Origin: an uncultured Verrucomicrobiae bacterium
GTDB taxonomy: Bacteria; Verrucomicrobiota; Verrucomicrobiia; Limisphaerales; Palsa-1400
Assembly (NCBI GenBank): GCA_963702845.1
Contig: OY969763.1
Coordinates: forward strand, 4,192,001 to 4,256,000
Length of the DNA stretch: 64,000 bases
Direction of reading: 5' to 3'
The position numbers were made by a program, and so were the translations under genes. Positions within the stretch are counted from its first letter, which is position 1, and every line of letters starts with the position of its first letter. Shown here in pieces: positions 51,534 to 63,904 of this stretch. The notes under the pieces were generated by a model. It was not told where the DNA came from, ran no database searches, and saw only the letters and a list, made by a program, of their open reading frames with translations.

Positions 51534-54500
51534 CTACTGCGCCTGGATTCGATAAAACTTCGCGGGCGGAACCGGCGTAATCGTGTCACTCAACTGTTGA
51601 ACATCTCCCGTCCCAAAAGTTGAGTACACTGAGCGCCAAAATACCGGTGGATTCAGGTTAGTGGCCATCAACAAGGAATAGAGCATGCGCGGTTGCGTTT
51701 GAATGTTGAACTGAAGCACATTCGAAACGAGCGCTGATTGAATCGTTGGTTGCACAATCGGCAAAATGTTCACCGTCACGCTCGTGCTGACGCCATTAGG
51801 ATTGTCACCATTGTATGCGGTGAAATAAGCATTATAAGTTCCGGGGTTCGTCCACGTTGTGTACGTCGTCCAATTTGCATTCGTCGGTCCTGAATCGAAA
51901 GACCACCTCACGGCCGAGGCGTGGCCATTCACAATCCCATTAAAGGTCAGCCCATGAGCTGCAACCGAGTTCGTGCCGAGTGGCGTTTGAATGCTTACCG
52001 ACAACGCGCCGACTAAATCGCTATCGATGACTTCATCACATCCCATCGACGGCGTGCTCGTCCAGGTCTCCCCATCCATGTCCGTCCCACTCACGTACAA
52101 AGCACTGCCGACCCCACGACCGGGCGATGTTGCAGAAAGGTGGAAGTTGTCGACGAAGACCGGGGCAAACGTCGCTGAGTTAATGTTACCTGCACCAGTT
52201 GGCAAAGGCTGCGTGCAACAATAGTTTAACGTCGAAGCAGCGTTATAATTGTCGAGGCCAAAGCCAAACGGGTAATCGTCCCAATTTCCAATGACGATGC
52301 AGTTGTAAGCACTGCAATTGAAAAGCCCGGCACCAAACGATGAGCTGGGTGATCCGAACCACCGCAAATAATTCTGCGACACCGTGCAGTTGATGACGCC
52401 GCAGGATTGAGCGCCGCCGCCCTGCAATTCTGCGACATTGCCGGTGACGTACGAATTCATGAGGGTTCCAGAAAAAATGCCCGCTCCCGTAACCGCGTTG
52501 TTATTCGTCAGGATACAATTGATCACCATTGCACTTGTCGCACCATACACTCCTCCTCCCGACGTCGCAGTCGCGGGCGCGCCAGAGGAACGCGTGGCGC
52601 CATTGCGTAGCGTAAATCCCATCAACTTCGCTCCTCCGCCAACCCACGCGCATCGCACGGCCAACGGACCGTCGGCAACGTATAGTGGTGGAAGTCCTGC
52701 GCCGGACGGGTCGAACATTCCTTCGATGATCGTCGAAGCGCTGCCATGAACGCTTGTGATGGTGACGGGCTTGTCAATGGTAACTCGATTGGTGATGACT
52801 CCGTCAACCGATCGGCCGCCTGTCGCATACACGCCGTTAGTTACAACAATGAAATCGCCCGGATCTGCAGCATCAATTGCGTCCTGAATCGTATTTGCCG
52901 CAGTCGCCCACGATGTAAAAGGGCTCACCGGGTTTGCGCAGTTAACATCCACGCAGCGGACTACTATTTGCGCCACGCTGCTGGTTGCCATGCCGAACGC
53001 ATTGCTTACAACAACCTGGTATGTGCCTGCAGACTGCGGATCCAAACTGACAATGAGATTAGTCGTGCTGGAATTTGCGAAAAATGGTCCGTCTAGCAGT
53101 GGCACGCCATTCAAAGTCCAGATGCCGGTCAGCGGAAATTGCCCAGTCGCCGGAACGCTCACACTCAGTTTGCCCGGTGCAATCGCTTGTAGCGAAATCT
53201 GCGGGACGATAACAGGCTGCGGCACCCACTCACTGCAACCGATTGATGGCGGATTGCCCCAAGGTCTTCCGTCGATGTCATTGCCAAACACCACCGCGTT
53301 CGTGCCTGCACCGATACATGGTGACCCGGTTGCTAGATGGAGTCCGTCCGGTAACAACTTCGGATCAACAGCAATATTTCCGGTTCCCGCCGGCAATGGC
53401 ATCGTGTCCGAATAACTGATCGTGTCCGAACTGTAGTTCGAGATCGCGAACGCATACGAGGTATTGTTGTAGATGATGCAGTTGATTGCGGTCGCTGCGT
53501 AAACCGCCGCACCGGCCTGCGAAAATCCTCCGCGACTCACGTTATTCAGTACCTGTACAATTGACGAGAAATCGGCCTTGAGCTGCAGAGCCATATCCCT
53601 GCGTTGAATTGCCAATCAGCGCGCAATTGGTTAACGAACACAAATCGGTGCCCCCTGCAGCACTTGAGGCATAATTGCTCGTCACCAAACACTGTCGCAG
53701 AATACAAGACGAAGCCGCTCCGCCATACGTTCCTGCGGTGTTCCCGAGGAGCTGACACGACAAAAGCTTCACCTGATAGGCTGCCCCACCCCAATAACCG
53801 GCAGAATTGGTCACTAAACTGCAATTAAATACCGTTGCTGAATTTGAACTCCCCCACACCGCTCCGCCATTGATCGTTCCGTAATTGGGCGGCGAACTGA
53901 ATGTGCGAGTCGCCCCTGCTGTCAGTGTGAACCCACTCAAAACGGCGGTATTTGTCAGCCAAACACAACGAAGCGCTGAAGGCCCGTTCGTCGCTCCACC
54001 ACCTTGAATGGTCGTGAAAGCCGGTCCGTTGACACTTTGCACAATTATCCCTTTATCAACCACTACACGGTTGGTGATGATACCGTCCGTCGATTTACCT
54101 CCGCTCGCATAAATGCCGTTCGTGACAAAAATCAACTCCCCAGCGGCTGCCGCGCTGATGGCATCCTGAATGTTCGTCGCTGCAGTATTCCACGTCGTGT
54201 AGGGCGCGTTCACGTTTGTCGATGCCGGATCGACATAATGCGCGACCACATTCACCACAGAACTGGTGACTGCTCCGCTCGAATTGCTCGCGACCAGTTG
54301 ATAACCTCCGACGTCATTCAACCCAATCCCGAGTGCAACTAGATTGGTCGTCTGTGTGCCTGCAAAATGGCCGTTGTCCTGCAGCAAAACCCCATCCTTC
54401 AACCATCCAAAATTCAACGCAGACTGTCCGCTGCTGTTTGCCGTAATTGTGAATCCAACCGGATCACTCGCGAGAGCCAGTCGCGGCATTGCGACGATAG

Positions 54501-55398
54501 GATTCGGCTTCCACTCAGCACATCCGACCGACGGCGGATTCGCCCACGCGTTTCCGAAGATATCCGTTCCAAAAGTGATGTTCGTTCCTGCGCCAATGCA
54601 GGGCGAACCGCTGGTCAAATGCACCCCGTCGACAAACAACTGTGGTGCATTCGTAAAATTTCCCGGCCCAGCGGTAACCGATGACACACAACAATAGGCT
54701 ATCGATGAGGAGAAGTTAGGTGATGAATTGTAGTAAATGATGGAGTTAATTGCGGCACAATTTTGTAAACCCTCGGAATTCGTCACGACGGTACAGTTCC
54801 TCAACACACACTGATAAGCAGCGTAGGTGAGGTTTGCATTCGTAGCTATCAACGAGTTCCGGACCGAGGCCTGATACACCGCACCATTGGCGCTGTTATT
54901 TGATATAATCACAGAATTTGCTACCACCGCCAAATTCGATGACGCTCCATAAACCGCCCCCCCGAACAAGGACTGGCCCGATCCCGTTCTGGTCGCCCCC
55001 CACTTCAACGTGAACCCAATCAACGCCGCATTATTTGTTATCCACGCACACCGCACTGCACTCGTGCCATTTGTCGGGCCCCAACCCTGGATCGTTGTCA
55101 CAAACGGCCCGCTCGCACTCTGCACCGTAATGGCCTTATTCAACGATACGCGATTCGTAATCACGCCATCCATCGACCTGCCGCCGCTCGCATAAACGCC
55201 ATTCGTCACCAAAACAACGTCACCGTCGCTCGACGCATCAATAGCATCCTGGATATTCGTCGCCGCCGTATTCCAATCGACAAACGGCGCAACAGGGTTC
55301 GTCCCGTTTGCATCGACAAAAAAGGTGTTAGCACTGGCGTTGAGGGCAAGTAATAGACATCCGGCCGACAGGAAAGTTCTTTGGATAAAAGCCCGCAT
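51534..55398 (-). CDS. About 1,290-aa secreted protein with three beta-helix-like repeat modules, Ig and PKD-like domains; one apparent frameshift at about 53553
   Basis: Three copies of VD...N...P...W.TAA..IQDAI.A...G....VTNG.YA.GG.S.DG.ITNRV; ORFs join by removing one G (VNCTVLNNVSRG); ends FYRIQAQ. Confidence 0.82.
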
Positions 55399-55521
55399 TG
55401 GTTGTTTGAGGTCGTTGCAGGCGCCAAAGTACCACGCGAGTTTTCACAGTGTCGAGCGCGAACCGTAGCAAATCTCATCTCAGAAGCTTCTGTGCCCCTG
55501 CGGTTTCACCGATCCATGTTT

Positions 55522-55708
55522 CGTCTGTGTTTTATCCGTGGCTAAAAACCCGTTCAGCAATCTTCATGCCTTGGCGCCTTAGCGGTTAGATTTAGTGCAG
55601 AAAAAGTGCTGTTTCTTTCCCTGTCTTCCCTCCTTTCCCTACATTTTTTGACACGTAGCTACTTTATGGCATCATCGGTCGTGTTATGCGATATATGCAA
55701 CATAAAGA
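55522..55708. repeat. Dispersed non-coding element family B, copy 2
   Basis: Homologous to 23749-23934. Confidence 0.85.
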
Positions 55709-56152
55709 CAACGCGGGGATTCTGATTCCCGCACCGAACCAAGTGACCCACGACAGTTTTATGTCGATGGTGACTCCCGCTGGCTTGGTACGCACGCCTG
55801 CCCAATTTCGTCCATTTTCGACCGACGGGGGTGCCCACTTTCGTCCATTAACATCCACTTTCGACCAACAACGGCCGCCTACGTCCGCTAAAACCCAAAA
55901 AAATTATTTTTACCAAACGCTATGAACACTACTCAACAACTTGAAACCACCGACGTTCCATTCAGACCTTCGCGCCCATTGCGTCCTTCGCGAGACACCT
56001 CTTCGAGCAATTCCGTTGGACGTTGGATGTTGGATTGCGCACCGGACGATCCGGTCGGAAGTTCGACGTTCGCCTTCCCTTCCGCAACACCAACTAACGC
56101 CATCAAAACCGCTACAGTTGACAACCCCGGCTCTCGCGGCAAACTTCCGTGT

Positions 56153-57361
56153 ATGACTCGCAAGCTTTCCGTTTTAGCATTCGCGCTTTGCCTGGCCTCC
56201 TCCGTTCACGCCAATGATTGGCCCAATTGGCGCGGGCCCAATTACAACGGCATTTCGAGCGAGACCGGCTGGACCACAAAATGGCCGGCGGAAGGGCCCA
56301 AGCAGCTTTGGAAGGCGTCGGTCGGGACCGGGTTTTCGTCGATGTCAGTCGCGCGTAACCACGTCTATACGATGGGCAATGCGGCCGACCAGGACACGGT
56401 GTTTTGTTTTGATGCGGCGACGGGCAAGGTCGTTTGGAAACATTCTTACGCCTGCGCGCTCGATCCCAAATATTACGAAGGCGGGCCGAGCGTGACGCCG
56501 ACGGTCGCCGGCAATCGCGTGTTCACACTTTCGCGCAAAGGCGATGTGTTTTGTCTCGATGCCGACACCGGCAAAGTCATCTGGAATAAGAACGTTGCTA
56601 AAGAAGTCGGCGCTGAAATCCCGACTTGGGGTCTGGCCGGTTCGCCTTACTTTGAGAAAGGCCGCATTTACCTGGACGTTGGCTCGGCCGGCACCGCGCT
56701 TGACGCCAAGACCGGCAAAGTGATTTGGAAAAGCGGCCCTGATGCGGCCGGATATTCCACGCCACAACCCGCCACCTTCGACGGCAAAGAAGCGCTGGTG
56801 ATCATGGCCAAAAAGACGGTCGACGCAGTGTCTAAAACTGACGGGCACAAACTTTGGTCCTATCCATGGGAATCGAAGTATGACGTCAACGCCACCCAAC
56901 CGATCATCGACGGCGATAAAGTGTTCATTTCATCGGGCTACGATCACGGTTGCGCATTGCTGAACGTGAAAGGCAACAAACCGGAAAAGCTTTGGGAAAA
57001 TAAAAACCTGCGCAATCACATCAATTCCAGCGTGCTGCTCGAGCAATTCATTTATGGATTCGACGGCGACGCCAATCGCGGTGCCGGTTTTGTTTGCCTC
57101 AATATGAGCAGCGGCGACGTGAAATGGAAAAACGAAGATTACAAAACCGGCTCATTGATGGTGGCCAATCACAAACTGATTATTCTGAGTGATAAGGGCG
57201 AATTGGTCATCGCGGAAGTTTCCCCGGACGGGTTCAAGCCTTTGGCCCAGGCGCAGGTGCTCGGTGGCCGTTGCTGGACGCAACCGGTGCTTGCGAATGG
57301 ACGCATCTATTGTCGCAATGCGAAAGGCGATTTGGTTTGCCTCAACGTCAAACCGTCCTGA
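56153..57361 (+). CDS. PQQ-binding-like beta-propeller protein
   Basis: Signal peptide then DWPNWRGP; repeated CLDA.TGKVIW; WTQPVLANGRIYCRN; TTGACA at 56118. Confidence 0.9.
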   Translation: MTRKLSVLAFALCLASSVHANDWPNWRGPNYNGISSETGWTTKWPAEGPKQLWKASVGTGFSSMSVARNHVYTMGNAADQDTVFCFDAATGKVVWKHSYACALDPKYYEGGPSVTPTVAGNRVFTLSRKGDVFCLDADTGKVIWNKNVAKEVGAEIPTWGLAGSPYFEKGRIYLDVGSAGTALDAKTGKVIWKSGPDAAGYSTPQPATFDGKEALVIMAKKTVDAVSKTDGHKLWSYPWESKYDVNATQPIIDGDKVFISSGYDHGCALLNVKGNKPEKLWENKNLRNHINSSVLLEQFIYGFDGDANRGAGFVCLNMSSGDVKWKNEDYKTGSLMVANHKLIILSDKGELVIAEVSPDGFKPLAQAQVLGGRCWTQPVLANGRIYCRNAKGDLVCLNVKPS

Positions 57362-57390
57362 TGCCAGCCCGCTAAAGCGGGCGAGTTGCA

Positions 57391-57999
57391 CTAATGAACT
57401 GATTCGACGCGCAAAGCCGCTTCGTAATCGGCCGCGACATCGATATCAATCTCGAGCCCGGGATCATCGACATCGGATGGTTCAATATGCTGGCCATGGA
57501 GAAAGTCGCTCAAGACCTCAGCTTTGGTATCGGCGAGCTGAGCCAAACATTCGCGCGGCAAAATGACTGGATGACAGAACGTCCCGTTATGGCGCGGCTG
57601 GCAAATGCTGTCGAACTCTTCTTCCGCGGTGTGGAGCAGTTTCTGCAACGTCGCCCGCTTGAGATGCGGCTGATCGCCGAGGATGATGGCAAAATGGCTC
57701 GTCTCCGCCGGCCATGAGGCGCGCGCCGCGCATTGAATGGAACTAAACATACCGTCGTCAGGCCGTGGATTTAAGATGCGCGCTCGTTCGGGAATATCGA
57801 GCCGGTCGAGTTCGTCCTGGATCGGGTCAGGTTTTGGTCCGCACACCACACGAACCTCAGCGCCCAATTGGCGCCATGTTTCGACCTGATGCGCGAGAAT
57901 GGTTGACCCATGCCACGGCAACAAAAGCTTTGGTTTACCCATTCGACGCGAACGCCCGGCTCCGAGGATGACAGCCGCGAGATGAAGACGCGTGTTCAT
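57391..57999 (-). CDS. MocA/MobA-family nucleotidyltransferase
   Basis: ILGAGRSRRMGKPKLLLPW, GMFSSI, LGDQP, HPV, DIDVAADY. Confidence 0.85.
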   Translation of the reverse strand: MNTRLHLAAVILGAGRSRRMGKPKLLLPWHGSTILAHQVETWRQLGAEVRVVCGPKPDPIQDELDRLDIPERARILNPRPDDGMFSSIQCAARASWPAETSHFAIILGDQPHLKRATLQKLLHTAEEEFDSICQPRHNGTFCHPVILPRECLAQLADTKAEVLSDFLHGQHIEPSDVDDPGLEIDIDVAADYEAALRVESVH

Positions 58000-58134
58000 G
58001 TGTCAACGATTGCACCTTTTTGAGCGGTGTAAAGACACCAACTGTCGACTGGTTCATTTCCATTGAAACGTGGATGAGACAGTGCCACTCTGCGGCAAAC
58101 CCAGGTAATGACGCCGGGCGAGAATGAGGTTTCT

Positions 58135-58671
58135 ATGCAACGTCCCAAAGTAGCAACGGTTTTCGGAATTCTAAATATCGCCTTCGCGGCGATGGGTGTC
58201 GTTGGACTGATTGTCAGCATCGTTGTCCTACGCGTCGCCGCCGCGAGTCATTCGAACTCAATACTCCAGCAAAGTCCGGTGCTTGCCGCCTGGACAAAAA
58301 TTTCGATGCCGATCGGTTTCGTCAGTTCGATCGTGTTGGCGATCGCCGGAACGGGTTTGCTGCTATTCAAAAACTGGGGGCGGATTCTTTCGATCATTTA
58401 TGCGATCTATGGGCTGGTATTCGGAATCGTTGGCCTCTTTCTGACGTTTTTCTTCATGTGTCTTCCGATGATCCAACAGGCTCAGCAGAATCCCGGCCCG
58501 GAATCGATTGGCAGGACTGCCGGGGCGATTGGCGGGATGATCGGCGGTGTCATCGGTCTGGCATATCCAGTGCTGTTGCTGATTTTCATGCTGCGGCCGA
58601 AAGTGGTTGAGGCATTCCGGGCGGCGGAAGCGGCGTCGTCGCAAAGCCAGAGTTATCCATCGGCGAGCTGA
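58135..58671 (+). CDS. Hypothetical 4-TM membrane protein
   Basis: RPKVATVFGILNI...GLL...WGR...YPVLLLIFMLRPKV. Confidence 0.7.
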   Translation: MQRPKVATVFGILNIAFAAMGVVGLIVSIVVLRVAAASHSNSILQQSPVLAAWTKISMPIGFVSSIVLAIAGTGLLLFKNWGRILSIIYAIYGLVFGIVGLFLTFFFMCLPMIQQAQQNPGPESIGRTAGAIGGMIGGVIGLAYPVLLLIFMLRPKVVEAFRAAEAASSQSQSYPSAS

Positions 58672-58695
58672 CCGCTGATTACCGATTACTGATTT

Positions 58696-59428
58696 ATGGC
58701 CGGTCATAGTAAATGGTCGAAAGTTAAGCACATCAAAGGCCCGCTGGATGCGAAGCGCTCGAAGGTTTTCGCGAAGCTGAGCAAGGAAATTACGATCGCG
58801 GCCAAGATCGCCGGCGGCGATCCGGGGATGAACCCGCGCTTGCGAATGGCCCTGCTCAAATCGCGCGCGGCCAACATGCCCGCAGACAATATCGACCGAG
58901 CCATCCAGCGTGGGACGGGTGGTGGCGAAGCGATCAGTTACGAAGATTTGACCTACGAGGTTTATGGGCCACATGGCGTGGCAATTTTGGTTGAGTTGAG
59001 CACGGATAATCGCAATCGCACGGCGGCCGAGATTCGGAGTTTGTTGACCAAGAACGGCGGGACAATTGCGACCGCTGGTTCGGTCAGTCGTTTGTTCCAA
59101 CGCAAGGGCCAGATCATCATCGCACGGGAGGGCGCGAATGAAGATCAGTTGATGGAAGCCGCGCTGGAAGCGGGTGCGGAAGATTTTCGCAGTGATGAGC
59201 AGGGATTCGAAATTTTGACGGAACCGGCGCAATTCGAAGCGGTCAACAAAGCCGTCGAAGCGAAAGGCGTGAAACCGGCGCTTGGCGGAAGTGGCGTGGA
59301 TTCCGACATTAACGGTGCCGCTCAGTGACCCGAAATCGATTGGTGACGTGGCCAGGCTGATTGACCTGTTGGAAGAACACGACGACGTCAAAGAAGTGCA
59401 TTCGAACGAGGAAACGACGGCTTCGTAA
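58696..59428 (+). CDS. yebC: YebC/PmpR-family protein, apparent frameshift at about 59285
   Basis: MAGHSKW, NPRLR, YEVYGPHGVA, TDNRNRT; shifted tail LEEHDDVKEVHSN. Confidence 0.93.
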
Positions 59429-59720
59429 AAGGGCAAGTTTGCTCTAAATCAAAGCGACTGAGCGAAAAATTAGCGTTTTTTGGCGAAGTTTCACCATCTA
59501 CCCTATTTTGCGACAAGCACCCCAAAGACGATTGACTCCAGTCCTTCGTCTGTTAGATTCGCCGCGATTGGAGAAAACCAACGGGGCTGGGCCAGCAGCA
59601 CAAATGCCCACCCGAACTGGAATTTCCGGCATTTTCGGAGGGACGATTTCACGAGGCCGAAGGTGTGCTTACGCAGTCGCGCTCGTGTGATTCGTCCCCT
59701 TTTTTAGAAAGAATACAATT

Positions 59721-62457
59721 ATGGCTAAATCGCAGAAATACGTTTACCTCTTCGGAAACAAAAAAGCCGATGGCAATGGCGCAATGAAACCGTTGCTCGG
59801 CGGCAAAGGCGCTAACCTGGCGGAAATGACCCGCATCGGTCTTCCGGTTCCTCCCGGCTTCACCATCACCACCGAGGTCTGCACATATTATTATGCGCAC
59901 GGCCGCAGCTATCCGAAGGAACTCTGGGGCCAATGCAAAACTGGCGTCCAGAACATGGAGAAGATTCTCAATAAACGTTTCGGCGATATGCAACGTCCCC
60001 TGCTCGTCGCGGTCCGCTCCGGCGCACGCGATTCGATGCCGGGCATGATGGATACGATTTTGAACCTCGGCCTGAACGATCAAACAGTTGTCGCGCTTGA
60101 AAAAGCCAGTGGCAACGTTCGTTTTGCCTGGGATTGTTACCGCCGTTTTATCCAGATGTATGGCGACGTCGTCATGGGCGTGCAAAAGCGCGCTGGTGAA
60201 GATCATGAACCTTTCGAAACTGTCATCGATGATTTGAAGGAAGAATTGTTCCCCGGCCAAAAGCATGTCGAAGACACGAAGATCGACGCCGATGGTTTGA
60301 AGGAATTGGTGAAGCGTTTCAAAGCGCTTGTCAAAGAACGCACCGGCAAAGCATTCCCGAATGATCCCTGGCAGCAATTGCAAGGCGCAGTCGGCGCTGT
60401 GTTCAATTCCTGGATGAACGATCGCGCGAACGTTTATCGCCAGAAATACAACATCCCCTCCGAATGGGGAACGGCGGTGAACGTGCAAGCGATGGTGTTC
60501 GGTAATACCGGGGACACATCGGGTTCCGGCGTCGCTTTCACCCGCGACCCTGCGTCCGGTGAAAAAGTTTTCTACGGCGAATTTCTCATCAACGCTCAAG
60601 GCGAAGACGTCGTCGCTGGTGTGCGCACGCCGAATCCGGTTTCTGAACTCAAGGCCGCGATGCCGGGGCCTTTCGCCGAACTCGAGAAGGTTCGCAAAAC
60701 GCTCGAGAGCCATTTCCGCGATATGCAGGACTTCGAGTTCACTGTCGAAGAAGGCAAATTGTTCATGCTCCAAACTCGTAACGGCAAACGCACCGGCCTG
60801 GCGGCTGTTCGTTTGGCGGTCGAGATGGAAAAGGAAAAGTTGATCACGTGGGAAGAAGCGATTGCGCGCGTTCCTGCGGAACAGCTCGATCAAGTGCTCG
60901 CGCCGGTGTTCGATCGCGCGGCAGTTAAGTCTGCCAAGGTGATCGCCAAAGGTTTGCCAGCCGGCCCTGGCGCTGCCACTGGTCGTATTTATTTCAATGC
61001 CGAACGCTCTGTTGAAGCGGCCGCCAAAGGACGAAAAAGTTCTGTTGGTTCGCGTCGAAACTTCGCCTGAAGATCTTCGCGGCATGATTGCCGCCGAAGG
61101 TATTTTGACGGCACGCGGTGGTGTCAGTTCACACGCTGCACTCGTCGCGCGTCAGATGGGTAAAGTTTGCGTTTGCGGCGCGAGCGCGTTGCACGTGGAT
61201 TATCACAAGAAGACGCTCGAAGTCGGCGGCCAAATATTCAACGAAGGCGACTTCCTCTCCATCGACGGCACTGCCGGTGAAGTTTACGCGGGCGAAATTA
61301 AAACCGCTCCGTCGGAAATCATCCAGGTGCTCATCGAAAAGACGTTGCAGCCGAAGGACAGCCGCACATATCAAAACTTCGCGACAATTGATGAAGTGGT
61401 GCGATAAAGCCACGAAACTGGCTGTCCGCACCAACGCCGATTCACCGGACCAGACCGCCAACGCGGTTGCGTTCGGCGCGAGTGGCATTGGCCTTTGCCG
61501 CACCGAACACATGTTTTTTGAAGGCAAACGTATTGATGCGATGCGCGAAATGATTCTGGCGGAGAACACCGACGATCGCAAAAAAGCGCTCGCCAAGCTC
61601 TTGCCATTTCAGCGCGAAGACTTCCTCGGCATCTTCAAGGAATTGAAAGGTTTGCCGGCGACGATCCGTTTCCTCGATCCGCCGTTGCACGAATTCTTGC
61701 CGCACGATCGCAAGGCACAGGAAGAACTCGCGTCGAAGTCATCGGCGTGTCTGCCGACAAGATCGCCAAGCGCGTGAGCGAACTGCACGAGTTCAACCCG
61801 ATGCTCGGTCATCGCGGTTGCCGTCTCGGAATTGTTTATCCTGAAATCAGCGAAATGCAGGCGCGCGCCGTGTTCGAAGCCGCTGCGGAAGTGCAGAAAA
61901 AAGGCATCAAGGTTAAACCAGAAATCATGATCCCGCTCGTTGGTTTCCAAAAGGAACTGCAACTGCAAGTCGAAGTGGTCCACCGCGTCGCCAAAGAAGT
62001 CGCGAAGGAAAAGAAAACGAAATTGAACTATCTCGTCGGTACGATGATCGAAATTCCGCGCGCTGCGTTGGTCGCGGACGAAATCGCAAAGGACGCCCAA
62101 TTCTTCAGCTTCGGCACCAATGACCTGACGCAAACGACGCTCGGCATGAGCCGCGACGATTCCGGTTCGTTCCTGCCTAAATACCAGGAACTCGAAATCG
62201 TTAAGCAAAATCCGTTTGCAACCATCGACCAAAATGGCGTCGGCAAACTGATGCAGATCGCCGTTGAACTCGGCCGCAAGACTCGCCCTGACATCAAGCT
62301 CGGCATTTGCGGCGAACACGGTGGCGAACCCGCCAGCGTGAAGTTCTGCCATCGCATCGGCCTGGCCTACGTAAGCTGCTCGCCGTTCCGCGTGCCGATC
62401 GCACGTTTGGCCGCCGCGCAAGCCGCCTTGGAAGATAAGAAAAAGGCGAAGAAGTAA
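59721..62457 (+). CDS. ppdK: Pyruvate, phosphate dikinase, apparent frameshifts at about 61030, 61385 and 61740
   Basis: [38 protein letters not shown] (phospho-His), [35 protein letters not shown]. Confidence 0.96.
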
Positions 62458-62484
62458 ATTACCTGTCCGATCAGGACAAACGAG

Positions 62485-62517
62485 ATAGCCCGACGTGCAC
62501 ACGTCGGGCTATTTTTT
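62485..62517 (+). terminator. Intrinsic terminator after ppdK
   Basis: ATAGCCCGACGTG-ca-CACGTCGGGCTAT then T-tract. Confidence 0.85.
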
Positions 62518-62578
62518 GGTACAAAAATTTGCCGAAATTGTAATTGAGCGTTTTCCGTCCCAGCCCAAACTATCGACC

Positions 62579-63559
62579 ATGAACCTGACCAACTACACCG
62601 TTTCAAACGTTCGAACACGTTTGACCGGCCAACTATGGCCTCGTGGTTCGCAGAGTGGTCTGCCGACCTGGGGCACGTTTCTTTTCGGTTTGCCGTTTTT
62701 GGGGATGGGAACATGGATCGCGCTCATAGGTTTGGAAGTGGTTCATGTGAAGCCTTCCTCCATCCACGCCCCGTTATGGGTGCTGACCGTAGCTGGCCTG
62801 TCTTTTTTTCTAGGCGGCGTTTGGATGTGGACGATGGGCTGCAAACAACTCCGCGCCAATCTGCGTCGCAAAAGAGTAATATCACACGACTCCAGCGATG
62901 TCGCCCGCGCTGATTATGCGTGGGACGAAAAAGGATACATGCCACCGCGCTGGTCGACGCCGATAAAAATGGCGGCCATTGGATTGGCTGTGACGGCATT
63001 TCTGTCGATGTTCAACTGGTGGGCATTCATCCTCGGTGGGCCCGTATTTGTGAAGGTCATTGTAGGCCTGTTCGACGTCTTTCTAATCATGTTCTGGTGT
63101 CAGAACGTCATCGCTTTTTTACGTGCCATGAAATTCGGAAATTCCCAAATTGAGTTTACCCAGTTCCCATTTCACCTTGGCGAACCGGTCCTGCTGCGCT
63201 GGTTCACACCGTCTGGAATCAATCGCGCGGAAAGCGGAACCTTCAAATTGCGCTGCGTAGAACAGTGGTATGAAAGATCCGGTGGCGACCAAAATTCATC
63301 GGCGCAATTAATCCAGGAAGAACTTTGGAGCAGCACGGCATCGCTTACTTCGCCACAGGATGTTCCGCCTGGGAAAATCATCGAGTTGCGTTTTGATCCC
63401 CCTGGCAGCGCACTTCCAACCTGCATGAACGCAAAAAATACCAAACCGGTGTTTTGGGAACTAGTCGTAGCGTTCAAAGAGCGCGGTCTGGATTTCAATC
63501 AAACGTATCTCGTGCCGATTTACGCAAGGAAATCGGTCGCGCCGGTTATGGTTGCTTAA
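62579..63559 (+). CDS. Hypothetical membrane protein
   Basis: Long ORF with four hydrophobic segments and a soluble C-terminal domain. Confidence 0.7.
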   Translation: MNLTNYTVSNVRTRLTGQLWPRGSQSGLPTWGTFLFGLPFLGMGTWIALIGLEVVHVKPSSIHAPLWVLTVAGLSFFLGGVWMWTMGCKQLRANLRRKRVISHDSSDVARADYAWDEKGYMPPRWSTPIKMAAIGLAVTAFLSMFNWWAFILGGPVFVKVIVGLFDVFLIMFWCQNVIAFLRAMKFGNSQIEFTQFPFHLGEPVLLRWFTPSGINRAESGTFKLRCVEQWYERSGGDQNSSAQLIQEELWSSTASLTSPQDVPPGKIIELRFDPPGSALPTCMNAKNTKPVFWELVVAFKERGLDFNQTYLVPIYARKSVAPVMVA

Positions 63560-63562
63560 CGT

Positions 63563-63904
63563 TTAGTCCCGCAGCCAAACGATCAACGCCAACAATCCGG
63601 CAAAAATGGCGACGGTGTTCATCGTTTTGTAACTTCCAGTAATCGTCCGCGTCACTTCAGCAACTGCTGGTGAACTGACGAGTTCGTTTTTAAGATCGTC
63701 CAGCTTGTGCGTGATTTCTTTGGAAACCGGAAAAGTATGATCGATGCCGTTCATGTTCCAATATCTCTTCGTCCGGGCGTGATGCAATTGGGGAGTTTCC
63801 TTATTCTGCAACAGCAAGGTTCCCATGCGACGATTGCGTAACGTATAGCCTACCGCTACACTAGCCGTCGCGTGTATATCGGCTTCTACAATTTTTACCG
63901 CCAA
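63563..63904 (-). CDS. Hypothetical protein with C-terminal TM segment; start uncertain
   Basis: Open frame only; no family recognised. Confidence 0.3.
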   Translation of the reverse strand: MAVKIVEADIHATASVAVGYTLRNRRMGTLLLQNKETPQLHHARTKRYWNMNGIDHTFPVSKEITHKLDDLKNELVSSPAVAEVTRTITGSYKTMNTVAIFAGLLALIVWLRD

